Assembly (NCBI RefSeq): GCF_964355755.1
Contig: NC_092673.1
Coordinates: 12,744,948 to 12,808,947 of the forward strand
DNA length: 64,000 nt
Origin: Antedon mediterranea
Lineage: Eukaryota > Animalia > Echinodermata
Direction: 5' to 3'
Position numbers and translations under genes: made by a program. The notes under the pieces are model-generated. The model saw nothing but the letters and a program-made list of their open reading frames with translations, was not told the DNA's origin and searched no databases. Shown piece after piece: positions 1 through 13,169 of this stretch (the stretch's first letter is position 1; each line of letters opens with the position of its first letter).

Positions 1-497
1 TGGTTCTTTGGAGGAATTTGTCATAAAAATTGATGCAGCAGAGAAAGGATTTTTGATATTTTCTACCTCTGTTGTGAGGCTGATCAATAATGAGCGGTTG
101 ATATTTTAACACCCTCATGAGTAAATAACATGTTTCTTTTACATTACAACTATAAGTTTTTATTAAGGATGTATGAGCTCAATGGACCAAATGGTAAGAT
201 ACAGTACCTTTATAATATGAATTCTTATTTATTGTATAGAAACTTTCATATAATTTTTTTATTAGGAAGGTATTGCTGTTTCTTTCGTCACCTTACCAAA
301 CATCAAATATGTAGAGGGCGATGTCCCACTCAAACGAAGACTTTAAATTATTTTAACGTTATTTCATTTATTTCATTTCATTTATTTAATGTACTAAGAT
401 GAATTGGTTAGGGACTGCTAAAGTAATATGATTACTGTAAATACAAGAGTCAGCAGTCCCATGATCTTAACTAAAATAAATATATAATTTTATAAAC

Positions 498-1645
498 AAA
501 CTAGAATTTAATTCGTCATTTTTATCATTTTACCGAAATTAATTATTTTTTTAAACATGCACGTACGTTAACATACGATCGGAAAATGTTGATGTATGCC
601 ATCCTATTATACGCTTATAGTGCTGAGTTGTGCCTATTATATGCCATATACAATATGTACAGTATATACTGTATATCTATATACAGTGTAGCATAGGTGA
701 AATTACGGGACACACATCATGTTCTAATTTTTATCAAAATAAACTTGACAACTCATGAGAAAGATAAATAAACAAGCACATACTGAAATTTTTGAGAAAT
801 TCGAGCACAAATAACCGAGATGCGCTCTGTTGAATGTGATAAACTACACAAAAAGTTAAAAAATCCTAATTTTTAAATTCAAGTGGCCATTTGATGAGGT
901 CACAACATTTTGTACGTCAAATATGTACATGAATTCATATCTACAATTCAATGGCTTCCCGAATAAGTTAAAAAAATTAGGGGTCATCTTGCATTCTGAA
1001 AAGTTATTTTCATTTTAAAAAAAGACCTATTTTTCACCATTTTCAGCACTTTGATACAATTAATGTGCGCAATTTGTAATTTTTAACCTGCTCGTATAGC
1101 GGTAATTTAAGTCATAACGGACTCAAATGTGCTGAATGTACTAAGGATGGTGGGTAACATGCGATTTGTACAAAAAATTCGTATTTTTTACGCTTTTTAA
1201 GTATCGTGAGCGCAAAAACGTGCCCGAAAAAACGTGCCCGTGCGTTTTTATTTGCTAATATTATTACCCTTGACCTGAAGTTTACGTGTAGTGAATTTCA
1301 TTAATATGTGATAATGAATTATGGAGATACGATTGATAATGTGATTTTACAAAATGGCGTATAAATGACGTCACGGATGAGTGATCACGCTGAAAAGCTT
1401 ATTAGGACTAAGTTAAAGTATTTGAAAGACATTGTGAAATTTTTGCGATCATTGCCATTCAAGTTTTTGAGATAATTGTTACACAAAAAGTGTACAGAAA
1501 GAAGAATATATTTTAATGCAAGTACAATAACAATAGGTGATCATTTTATTCTAAATGATCACCTAATAAGAATAAGAAGAAAGAAGAATAAAGATTTCAT
1601 ACAATAACAATAGGTGATCATTTTATTCTAAATGATCACCTAATA
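498..1645 (-). mobile_element. Helentron-associated non-autonomous element (HINE/DINE-like)
   Basis: One end reads AAACTAGAATTTAATTCGTCA (CTAGTTT on -). The other end has AAG/AAT microsatellite and a hairpin AGGTGATCATTT..AAATGATCACCT present twice (~1535-1565, ~1612-1641). The 660-720 segment resembles 17880-17950. Confidence 0.55.
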
Positions 1646-1949
1646 AAGTATAAAGCTGTGAACGTCTGGAACGTTAAGCTCCAAGGAATTGTCAAGAAGT
1701 GTAATTAGACAATGGTGCCTATTGACATTAATCGTGTAGGAAAATGAGGCACTCACAAAGATTTAAAGTATGGCACTGGTCCAATTGTTTGTGGTATGGA
1801 GGCCCTAAGAAAAAAATGTAACAAATTTTAAAAAACATAAAAATTGTTATTACAATGTATATAAAGGAAGTCATTTGTGAAATCTACTATAACCCTATGT
1901 TATACTGTCGGTATTCTTTCCTCAATTCGAACCCAACACAATAAGATTG

Positions 1950-3380
1950 TATATTTGGGTCACTGAGGTACTGAAGTATGAACTTTCACCTTACTTTGTT
2001 TGTTTGAAGAGAAGCACATTTTGAGGAAGGCCGAGAAAGTGCAGCTTTTAAATGCTATACGAGAACATTTTATTTCTTCAGATTCTGCTGTGCTTCAGTC
2101 TATTTCAAAGACAGATCAATATGTTCACATTTCACAGCATGGAGCAGCGCCCCCTCCAAACTAGGAAGTCAATTACTCTATCCCCCTAGAGTATTAGCAG
2201 ATCCCCTCTATGATTTTGACTTTCTAATTTGATGCGGGCGCCCTACTCCATGGCTCACAATGGCGCCACCCTTTAGCTCTATTCTATCCCACAATGCCTT
2301 TCGAAATTGTTACGCGCTTCGGACGAACAGGAGATTCTTGTGTTATAAGTTCTTTGACTACACCCAATATGTGGCTGCAGATTTTGCATAAATCTGGATA
2401 TGCATTTTTGATCTGACTGTGGTAAATGAAGCATACAAGTACCAACAAGTTGAAAAAACTAATTTTGAGAAGTTTAAATGATGAGTCTATCTCAACTTTG
2501 AGAGACGCTCGATCAGATTCAGCCAATATTCCACATATTCTTTCATTGAAGAATGTAGTGAAAAAATTATAGATGCTCAACTTTACAAGTAACAGAATGT
2601 TCCAGCTCTGGGAAAGGACGTGTTCATTAGAAGTTTTGAGTTTTTGGTGGGACTATCAAGACCATTACAACCAACAGATCAGCATCAATCCAAAAACTTT
2701 TGAAGGATGAATACTGGAAAATATCACAGCTTGATTGCTGGCATTTTTGTAAAGGTATGACTGACGCAGTAATATCTATTTTCTATTTCTAAAACCAAAC
2801 TTAAATCCTTTATTTATTCTACTCCCACTAGTATATAAATATTCACCAAAGCATCGACACAGCTCAGGACCATGCATGATATGAGGGCCAAATATTTCCT
2901 CTCGTGTACGAACTCCTGAGGAACACTCAACAGACAAATAGGAAGAGAACAAACCTATTACTGTCCAGTGTACAATAAACAGAGCAATATACCACAGTGG
3001 CAGTTAAATCAATAAATGCCAAGTCACAGAGAAACTAAGAAAAGAGCTTGCTGATAAATTGTTGAAAGATGGGGAGGTTAACTAATTATTATTTGTCTTA
3101 TTCGTCTTCCTTCCCAAAAATGATATGCAGTAATAAAAATGTACACCAAACAGTGACAACGCAGACAACATTGATTTGCATTTTTAGTAAATTATTTATT
3201 TAATGTTTAACTTTTCAGGTTAAACAAGAAGGCCTCAACAATTATTACATGGAGGACTAAAAGTTTTGTGTATTCCAGAATATGGAATTTACATACAGAG
3301 GCACCACCGCCACTTCCAAATTTGTGTTGGAGCTGACCATCCTACCTTCTGGGTGTTCCTTGATTGCCTTAAGCTTGGCA
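1950..3380 (+). pseudogene. Decayed MULE-like transposase fragments
   Basis: Broken + frames with C-terminal MULE-type motifs (P..WN at ~3275; CVGADHPTFWVFLDCL at ~3323-3370; a WDYQDHY..EG segment at ~2648-2710). Many stops. Confidence 0.35.
2138..2253. mobile_element. Tiny inverted-repeat element (possible hAT-type MITE remnant)
   Basis: Left CATGGAGCAGCGCCC versus right GGGCGCCCTACTCCATG (imperfect inverted repeat). Flanks TTTCACAG / GCTCACAA resemble a degenerate 8-bp TSD. Confidence 0.35.
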
Positions 3381-5007
3381 ACATCGGCACAACGAGTGCA
3401 TAGCCTAACATATTAATGTCTCCTATGATTAGTAGGAGGGTACGGAGATAGAAATATATTAAATTTCTTGAAAGGCGTCTCTCATAATTTTCACTAAGAG
3501 ACAGATTCATTCATGTTTTTTCCCCAAGAACGTTTAAAGCATAGTTTTATGACACCTGCTTCACTGAGATAGCGTCCTCTATAACCATCATTTTCAATAA
3601 ATAATTATGAGGTGGGAAAAACACAGGAGCCGAAAAGCAGACTATTTTGAAAGAACTAGGAACATCTAACATTTACATAAACAGCCTCGGACTACAATAA
3701 TTTACAATAATTCACGTTTTAATTTCTGAAGGTTTGGCAGCAAGAAACATTGAGTATGTGTCTAGCCACAAATCAAAAACCAGTATAAAACATGTTGACA
3801 AGGCCAAAAAAAACATAGACAAATATAGAATGACTCTTCGTCTATCAGAAAAATTCAATGGTTCAGGATCAAGTTCCTTCCAAATTTTTCTAACAATGTG
3901 CAGTTTAATTGTCAATCAAGAAGTGACGCTGTATAGTGATTTTTACTATATTATTACTTTTTTATTTTTATACTTTAGATGGGTGTTGATGAGTTCTCAA
4001 ATTATCTCATCTTTCAAGATAAAGCAGTTTTGGGTGAGGACATGTTAGTTGTTAAAGCATTCAAAAGGAGAAAACTCTTTAATTGTGTTAATTTTCATGT
4101 AATGTAAAAACAAATAATTTTCAACTGATACCTTTTTTAAATAAGGACACAGAATGGGTTGAGAGAAGCGTCTTTGCCCAAATGCTAATTGATGGATATT
4201 TGTTACTGTACCTGAATCTGAATTCCCAAGTGTCTGAAGAATCTCTGTAAATGTAGGTATATTTAACATGTACCAAAAGTTGGCAAAATTCGAAAATAAA
4301 TCAATCAAACATGGAACAAAAAGCAGATAAAATTGAACTCTTTTTTGAGAGAACATTTACTTGGACGAAGTGGTCCAAATCATTTTATACATTGATATAC
4401 CTATAAATCTTTGAGTCTGTAGGGGAGGATTCAAAACATTTGAAAGGTTGAATCGTGAACAATTTCTGAAATGGTAAACATCAATGACAGTGCAAAAACT
4501 ACAACAAATACTTGCCTGGAGCAGGGAACATTCATAACGGTGTTCCTTAAAACAATCTCAATAGTTGTACTTTATTGTTAGAATGAATAAAGTGAAACCA
4601 AAATGTACTGTATCCATTTATCACACTGATTTACAATAGTTCAAAGTTTGTAGAGGGGTGAGGCAAGGTTTATTTAAATTCAATGCAAGTACATTAACAA
4701 GCGATGTGGCTGAGATAGGATATACAGATTTCAAACTGCAATAGAATCATTGGGTGTGTTTTTCTCAATACCATAATACAGCTGTATACTGCTGAAAATC
4801 AAATTGTGAACCTAAAAGTTCCAAATCCTACATATATAGAAGACTTCTCATTGAAAAATCATTTACATTAAATATTTGGTAATAGTAGTAGTGTACTAAT
4901 CATGGTTTGAAACAATGCAGGGGCAAGCAACCAGTTATTTAAATAATAATATTTATAGAAAATTTAACTGTTATTAGTTATAATATAAAGTCATCAAAGT
5001 CAAATAT

Positions 5008-6058
5008 GTCTGCCCAGTTCATAATATTCATCTTGTTCATCATCCCATTATCTCCTGTTTCCAGTTTGAATACACCAACCATGGCCATCTGGTAGCTGAA
5101 TATCTGTTACCACCTGATCCGACATAGTATTATAAGCGCTTGATAATTTGCTCTCCTCAGTGTGACCCTAATGTTATGTTAGAGAAGCCAGGCGAAAGGA
5201 GATTCTTGTCTACTCTCTATCATAACTTAAGATCAACAGCCAAACTTATATGTCTCTTTAAATTGGTCATGCTATTAGTGGTTATCATAGAAACAGCATA
5301 CAAAAAGTTACATATGTATCAAATGATCTTCTTTGGGTCAGAAATACATTGAGAAATGTTGTGAACAAAAATGCATAATTGTTGTGTTGCACTCACTAAA
5401 TGAAAAATACATGACACAGGCCACTCCATATTTCACCACTTTCAAATAACTACAGTGGAATTTGATTGTGTAAGCATTTGCAGACAATGAAGGCTCTTCT
5501 TTGCTTCCTTTGTGGTAATGATTCCTGGTATGTGGTTTCATTACTATCATAACTCTTCAGAACTATGTATTTGGTCTCAAATATTCTTGTCTTTTATGTC
5601 TCTTATTAATTAAGTCTTTCTTCCTTTCATTTTTGTTTATCCCTTTTAATGGCTTTGATAGACAGTGGAATATCCTTCACATCTCCAAATTCCATTTTCT
5701 GAAGTTGCACAAATACACTCTCTGCCATCTCTATGAAGTAGTTTGTGCTGTATGTGGTTAGGTCCTTCGGTCTTTGTGGAGTAATTCCGTTGCAGTTTTG
5801 AATTGTCCGTTTTTACAGTTGCCTGGACCTTATGAGAGGCTAGTGCCTTCTCTTCTTTTATCTGGTATTAAGGCAGATCAGGTGGTAACGAATAATCAGG
5901 AACCAGTGGCCATCGATAGTGTATTGAAAATGGATAGATAGAAAGTTTAATTTTCAGTGGATTAAGGGTGCTCTTGCCACTGAAGATAATAGAGGTATTA
6001 TAAGTCATAGAATTCATATAAGAATAATGAGCAAGATGGATTTATGAACTGGGTAGTC
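5008..6058. repeat. Diverged inverted repeat pair (arms ~5008-5135 and ~5860-6058)
   Basis: GTTACCACCTGATC (~5106) is the exact reverse complement of GATCAGGTGGTAAC (~5876). CCCAGTTCATAATATTCATCTTGTTCAT matches the reverse complement of ATGAGCAAGATGGATTTATGAACTGGG with mismatches. Confidence 0.6.
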
Positions 6059-6759
6059 GTTTTTCTAGTTTTTAATTTCTATATTACGTTTTAATTACTT
6101 TCTGATATAATTTAATATATGGACCTCATTGAAAATAGGTCAACCACTGTTATGCAGACTTAATGTGTCCTGATATTCTTTTAAAATATTTCACTTATTA
6201 AATCAATCAATCAATCAGCAGTTGAATTAAATATTTAAACAATTTTCAGAAATTTTAAATCCAATAATTTATTATTAAATTAATATTTCCTGTTATAGTA
6301 TATTTTTGTATAGTTCTTTGCTATATAACCTGGTTGGTTGTTTGCTACTGGTTTGTTCCAACCAATGATAGTAGACGGAATGAAATGTAAAGTTGAAGAT
6401 AACTGTTAAATAGTTTTTCCAGTTGATTTTATGATCATAAACAGTCAACTGTTTATAAAAGGCGACAAAAAACAGTTTTTATCTGGTCAATACTAATGGA
6501 AAACCTAGTTTAAATATATTGATGAAGATGATTTGGACAAAATTATTGACGATAAAGAACTCCAGCAGATCAGAATATCATCAGTAGATATCAACAAGCC
6601 AGCCAGCATCTTGTTGGTTACAAGACTAAAATAAAGTAAATAAGGAATAAAATAAAGAGTTGGTTGAACCAACCATAGATTTGAACTTTAACCAGTTTAA
6701 GAATAGTAGATATATGCTACTTTGCACTAAGGCCAAAGAATTTTCTAGAGAATTGGGTC

Positions 6760-7450
6760 ATGAAGAAGAAATCAAGATGTGATGGGTGGACAGATTTAAA
6801 AATGATTACAGTCTGCAAGGCTGGACAGGCTGGTGACGTAGCAGAGTGAGAGGATGAAAACAATGCAACATTTAAAGAGATTTTGAGGAGTTTCGAACCA
6901 GTAAACAGTCTAGCCTTGTGTTGCACATTGGTTGTTGCTCATTTTAACTTTTTCTGAGAGCAAACTCCGGAACAAAGGCTTATAATTATACTCTACGACA
7001 CCTACAATATTAAATGGCGATTCACAAATTTCCCAGTCTTTTAAATTAAATATAGTTGGTCAATCCACCATTAGCAAGATTATTATAGAAACATACACTG
7101 CCCTGTGGACAGTTTTGTGTTCAGAATACACAAATATAATTTGAGCACAGTTATTGGTGCTGTAGATGTCAATATTGAATGCCCATTAAATTGTGGCTTC
7201 AAGTTCTAAAATGTGGAATGATGCTGCAATATTTAGAAGAACAGCCATTAACAATAACTTGGAAGAAAACACTGCTTCTTCATCCACCAACAAAAGTCGG
7301 AAATTGCACAATACACCAATATTAAATTATCGGCGGTGACTTTCTTGCACTTAAAACATAATTGGAACACCAAAAATAAAATAACAACCAATTCAAACCA
7401 GTTGTACAAGAAATCAGATATCTCTGTCTGCCGTGAACGGCTTAATACAT
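6760..7450 (+). pseudogene. Decayed PIF/Harbinger transposase
   Basis: Motifs in the expected order: VIGAVD..IECP (~7150), WNDAAIFRRTAI (~7214), IGGD (~7328). These correspond to the DDE_Tnp_4 IGAIDG / HD..VF / GD.AY blocks. Frameshifted. Confidence 0.5.
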
Positions 7451-9369
7451 GGTGTTACAGGACAAGCTTAATTAAATAATACTTTCTTATCTTTCAATTT
7501 ACAGAAAATGTTGAAGTGCAACCAAATGTAATCAACAGTTCAGGACCACTACTGTAAAGGAATGACATCAAAAGAGATTTTTTGTGTGTAATTTTTGCAG
7601 TCAAAAGTTTTTCTCATAGGCACAAGGATCAAAATCATCATCATCAAAGAAAAGAATTCAGTGCCAACCTGTAGACAACAGGGATAGCACCGGACCCCGT
7701 CCCTGCCAGGGAAATATTATCATTCTATTACATGCTAAATGAAGAATTTTTTTTAATGGACATTGTCGGAAATCTGGTTGCTGGCTTAGGGCAACACTTC
7801 AAGCCATAAACCAGTCGTCAGTTAATTTAAAATAGACTGGTTATAACTAGTTGGATGGAAAAATCCAGTGTCGTTCACTGAAAGTTCTACGAAAGGACAT
7901 CAAAGTAAACATATCAAGATTCCCGAAGTGGAAACACCCACAGAATCTACAAAGAGGCAACCAAGTATGCCGTGGGAAGTCAGGCGGGGACCTTGGTAGT
8001 GTGAAAACCATTTACACAAATGATAAGAAGAGGAGAGGAATCAAACGAAGATTAAACATTCCTTCTTGTGCAGAAGACACAACAGTTTGTCAACAAGAAA
8101 TTAGCAGAAGAAAATGCTTGAAGATTCTGTACGTCAGCTGAAGACTGGAAAAAAAGCTGTGGTGGTAATGAAGAAAATGAAGCGTCAAAGATTAAATCAA
8201 ATTATCAAAAGACACAATAAATTCTTTAAATGCCAGATACGGAAAATGAAGAGAGAAAGGAAAACTTACAAAACAGTATGTTCATTGATGGATCTCCACA
8301 GTATAAATTAGAATCAATAAAAAAACATGAATTGGCAGCCACTCATATTAGGGCAAAATCAATAGTTAAACTTAAAGCCAAGGAAAATCCTAAAAAACCC
8401 AAGCATACAAGATCGTACATCATCTCAACACGTAATAACCAAACTTAGCATCAGAATTGTCATTCGCTCGTCATACATACCAGACTATTCACGGATTATG
8501 AATGGCAGTGTACATTGGGACAAAGCTAATGGTTATATATCTCGGTATATTTGCTAGTAGTAGTAGTATGGTCTAGCATATACCAATTATAAAAAGATGA
8601 AAGAAAACATTTGCATTTTATTTAAAATAATTTTCCATGTGATATTTGGTATCTTGTTATTGAGTTAGGCTGTAGACTAGCAAAATAACATTTGTTTTGT
8701 GTCCACACTTTCTATATGGGTCAGTTATCTGTGGCAGGGTAGTAACCAAAATAGGCATTTTATGTGGCATAGTAAGATACTAGGGGCCTAGTGGCCTACT
8801 ACTTACTAGCCTATATTAGACTTAATTACTAACTGCAAACTGCTTTTTATCCTTTTTATCCTTTTTATTTTCAGAAGAAACTATGAATAGACAAAGCCGT
8901 GCTTATAAGATATTGCAGAAGTCTTTAAAAGGTAGAAACTCTGATCTAAATTGGGGGTTGTATACAGCCAGTTTTTGAACACATGTTTAAAGCCTTCATC
9001 TAGTAGTACAAGTTAGATTTGTTAAAGCTATCTTTAATCTCAATGCATGAAAGTTAATTTACAAAATTCTCAAAAAATCTATAATTTTTACATCTCCATT
9101 ACTTATTTTACTGTGTTCTGCACCTTTATTTCCAAATACATAATTTAGCAATATTAAAGTCAATAGCCACATATTTTAACAACAAAAATATTTTTTTAAT
9201 GGCATTTAAAGTACAAAAAGGGCATTATAGTTTCACTCATCTTTGAGACTCTCTACATACATTTCAGTCAAACAGGGCTACCATGGCCTCCAAAACATAG
9301 TTGCTTATTTTACTGTGCTGCTTGTAGTAAATTATTTAGTTTCGTCTTTCAGATAGAGGCTTTGATCCA

Positions 9370-9720
9370 GATTGGGATGTCGTGTCATAACAGTCAGGTT
9401 AGATTCCAGAGGATTGGTAAATTGCAAAAACCATCCCAATATATAAAGGAAAAGGTGACAAAAATATTTTAAGTAACTATAGACCAATTTCAGTAGTTTT
9501 TCATGTTTCAAGAATTCTGGAAGGAATCATACAGAATCAATTAACAGATTATTTAAACAAATTCAACTTAATAAATATAAATCACTCAACAATGAATTGC
9601 TTGCATAGGGTTGAATGGATTGAATATTTAAATGAGCATGAAATGATTGGAACATGTTTTCACATGTCATCTCCAAATGCTTCCATACTGCTGATCACGC
9701 TATTATACTTACTCATCCCA
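9370..9720 (+). pseudogene. Decayed LINE reverse transcriptase fragment
   Basis: FPEDW*IAKTIPIYKGKGDKNILSNYRPISVV..SRILEGIIQNQLTDYL, the N-terminal RT blocks, with stops and deletions. Confidence 0.8.
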
Positions 9721-10469
9721 TGCGAATTAGTATAATAATCACAATTAGGCAGAAAAAGCGGTAACTGCTAATGTTTCATAATTTATTTTGTGCACTAGGC
9801 TTAGGTCGTCTTATGCTGATTTATGAGGCCTAGACTATTATGTTTCAAGCTTATGCAGAGCATAGGACCAAATCAGAAGCTGTGAATTTGTTCATTCAAC
9901 ATGTCCATGTAAGTATATTAATTAATTTTATGATACTCTTAAATTAAATTTATTTAATATTAGTATTAAAATATCTATAATTACTATATTTGTGTTTTTA
10001 AAGTGAAATTCAAGTTTTGTAGTTGACTCTATAAACGAAAATGTCAATAGGATTACAAATAAGACACCAAATGGTGCCAAATGTCTTTGGTGTCCACTGT
10101 TAGTCATCGGTAGGCCATTATGCTTCTTTCCAGTTTTTAAAAGTCCACAATTTAAAATGATTTATTTTATAAATATTATACAGAATAATTTGCTTCCCTT
10201 CTGGAAATTCCAATTGAAATTTGAAATAATGACAGATCGGTAAGATTTAAAATTAAATTTTAATGATAGTTAGCCCGATGCAACACCAGAAACCGAGTCA
10301 AATGTTACTTTGGTATCTATATATAAATTATGCTTATTTCTGGAATACAGTAGGTAGAGACAATGTAAAACATGTGTCACCAACCTAGCTGTTCCGTGTG
10401 TAACATGATTGGTATATTCTGCAACATTTTAGCAAGCCTTTACGATATTGTTCCATATATTTCTTTTAG

Positions 10470-11130
10470 GAAGATATAATGACAGATTTTAAAAAGGAAA
10501 TTAGCAGGAAAACCTTTAAAAGAAACTGCAATGCTAAACTTTTCAATTTCTACGGCATACACAAAACACAAAGTCCAAATACACAAATATTAATCTCTGC
10601 AAGTCTTCATTTTTAAGCTTCGACCAAAGCATATCATACTACAAAAGCTACGGGGATGTTTGTGCGAGTACTGTGTAAACATAACTCCAAAGCTGGTACT
10701 GAATAAACAGTGTACCCAGTATAATCGTCAAGGCTGCAAGATTGAAAGCTGCTTCAAAGCCAATGAGTTAACATTATGTGACAAATTGGAGGGGTTAAAA
10801 CACCATAACATAAATTGTGACTCTGCAAAAAATGTGGAATCCATCAGTTAAGTGCACACTCAAAAAGCCTATTGGCAGATACTAGCGAAGTGTCAGTTCC
10901 CTGGAGAAAGTGGAAGCATGTCAAAGTAGATCTGACTAAAAGATTTGGAGAGAAAGAAAAGTGTCAAAAATCATGTTGGTTGAGTGTGATCTGGTTGGTG
11001 AACTGTTGAATGAATTGCATCCTTTTTCAGAACAACCAATCAGATGGCATTGTAACTATGATACTGGATTTGGCTGAAAATTATGCTTTTGTCCAGCAAG
11101 ATGAAGTTCAAGCAGAACACTGGACACTGA
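10470..11130 (+). pseudogene. Decayed Sola2-like transposase fragment
   Basis: F.KLRPKHI and DVCVCEYCVNI (10605-10690), and MILDLAENYAFVQQDEVQAEHW (11058-11123), match the Sola2 DFAENY..QDEIQS.HW signature. Splice acceptor at 10469. Confidence 0.7.
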
Positions 11131-11199
11131 CACTATTGAAATAAAATAATAAAACAATTTGAAACACATCTTATGCATGCACTGTATCCAACATTTAAC

Positions 11200-12070
11200 C
11201 AATATTTATGGTCAGAAATCATTAATATACCTCTGAGTATGTGCCATTGCTTGTTAAAGATACAAAGGCAGATGAGATGTTGCTCGCAGATGTGCCATTG
11301 GTTGTAGTAAAGAGCTTGAAAGTGAAAGTAACACAATTGTTAGATGCTATACAAAGGTATAAATGCACACATGTTTATCACATTTTCTTTCTTTTTTTCA
11401 TTAGATTTTTTTTCCAAAACATTAAAAATATAAACACCATTTTTATTATTGCTTTTAGTCTTGATATGCTTACTTGGCACTAACGGTTTGATACCAGAAA
11501 TAAAAATATGGATCAAACCAGGAGGCGATAAAGGAGGAGGAACCTACAAATTTATGCAGCAAATTGGCAATGTTGACTGGCCCAATTCCTTGAAATATAC
11601 CGTAACAATCTTGATATGGGAAGCAGGCGATTGCGCCTACAATTTAAAAACAGGGATGGAGAGAATCAGTAACCAAGTTGAAGACCTCATTGGTGTGGAA
11701 GTAAGTACTTTATATCATAATAGTTCTGACAATTCATAAAAAGTATTTACTATTTATGATTTCACTATATGTTTTGATTTATTTTTATTTATTTCAGTGG
11801 AGAAGAAATTGAATTATTTGCATTCAGCTACAGTACTATAAATACAAATGTCGTGTTTATGGATTATCTAAAGCAAGTGGTAAGTACTGTAATTCTTAAA
11901 CTGGGACCTAGTATTAGGCAATATCTCGTAAATAACACACTAGTTTACTAAAAAAAATATATTTTTTATAGGACGACACTTTTGCTTATATTGCTTGAGT
12001 TCAAAGGGTAAAGTTGATTCAACAGAAATAACCCAAGAATCCATGAAGAAAGATTTAGAGAGTTTTACAA
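11200..12070 (+). pseudogene. Decayed spliced Chapaev (CMC)-like transposase
   Basis: LTWH*GLIP..IWIKPGGDKGGGTYKFMQQIGNVDWPNS..EAGD..YNL, then YGLSKASG / RHFCLYC in short GT-AG exons. Cut off by the LINE at ~12075. Confidence 0.65.
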
Positions 12071-12169
12071 GTAATGGAAGCGAGTTCAAATCTAGTTTAG
12101 TTTTATGCATTCATGACTCCGCTTGTGTAAGACGTGCCGAACGAGAGCTCCCGATATTACTTTTTCATA

Positions 12170-12820
12170 ATGGCTACAACACGTTCCAAAAAACCTGACA
12201 ACGTAAGTTTTGAAGAATTTGTTAAAGAGTCTCTTTCCAATATCATGAAATCGCAAAATAACCTTGATAGTAAACTAGCTGAATCTATTAAATTCAACGA
12301 AGACAGAATTATTGCTCTGGAAAAGGCTCAGTCGCGATACGAAGCTAGGCAGGCGGAACTCGTCGACGATTTGCATACAGCTCGCAACACAATTGCGTCT
12401 ATGCAGGCTGAGCTGAACAAGGCTGAACGCTTCTCCAGGAGAAATAATATTCGCATTGTGGGAATCGCTAAATCGGATAACGAAAACCCAATCAACATTG
12501 TTGAAGATTTCTTAGCCACTCATTTTAAAATTAAACCGACGATTGAGAGAGCCCATCGAGACGGTCTAGGATTCGAAGGCAAGCCGCCCCATATACTCTT
12601 TAAAGTGCTTTCATATGTGGACAAAGTAACAATCCTCAAAAACCGACATAAACTCGCTAGTTCAGGTGCCTACATTATAGACGACTTAACCCGCACGGAC
12701 AGGCAAGAGAAGAACAAGTGGAAGACCCAAGTTAAAGCCCTGTATGATCAAGGAATCAAGCTTAGGTTCAGAGCCGGGAAATGGCGTTCATCAACTGGTA
12801 TCCCACATGCGTTTAAGTAG
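12170..12820 (+). CDS. LINE ORF1 protein (coiled coil + RRM, L1-ORF1/Transposase_22-like)
   Basis: ATG at 12170 (MATTRSKK). Coiled coil followed by SRRNNIRIVGI, IERAHR and IIDDLT motifs. Confidence 0.85.
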   Translation: MATTRSKKPDNVSFEEFVKESLSNIMKSQNNLDSKLAESIKFNEDRIIALEKAQSRYEARQAELVDDLHTARNTIASMQAELNKAERFSRRNNIRIVGIAKSDNENPINIVEDFLATHFKIKPTIERAHRDGLGFEGKPPHILFKVLSYVDKVTILKNRHKLASSGAYIIDDLTRTDRQEKNKWKTQVKALYDQGIKLRFRAGKWRSSTGIPHAFK

Positions 12821-13169
12821 TAACCTCATTGCACAATGATGAACTATATCCAACTTCATCTATCCAAGAAGAACTTTTTTTTTTCTTGTCTTTATATAAT
12901 TATATTATTTTAAAATATGCAATGATATCGTTTTCCGTTAGCTGTTCACTATTATAATAGTTTTACATCGTATTATTATACCGGGAGCTCCTGTTTGATT
13001 TACTTCTGTAAAGCACTCTTACCACATTGTCAAATTTGCATACGGTACATCTCAATGCAGCATTCATCATACTTTCAATACGCTGTCTCAGAACCAATGT
13101 TTTTATAGCTCTACTTTTGTTGTTTTGTATTGTTTTATTTTACTATATTACTATCCTTACTGCAATGCT

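Noticed and set aside
3460-4600. Possible decayed spliced gene on the - strand (ORFs 3712-3915, 4045-4356)
   Set aside because: No motif I recognise; cannot be assigned.
7700-8500. Lys/Arg-rich short + ORFs
   Set aside because: May be the N-terminus of a decayed transposase, but there is no diagnostic motif.
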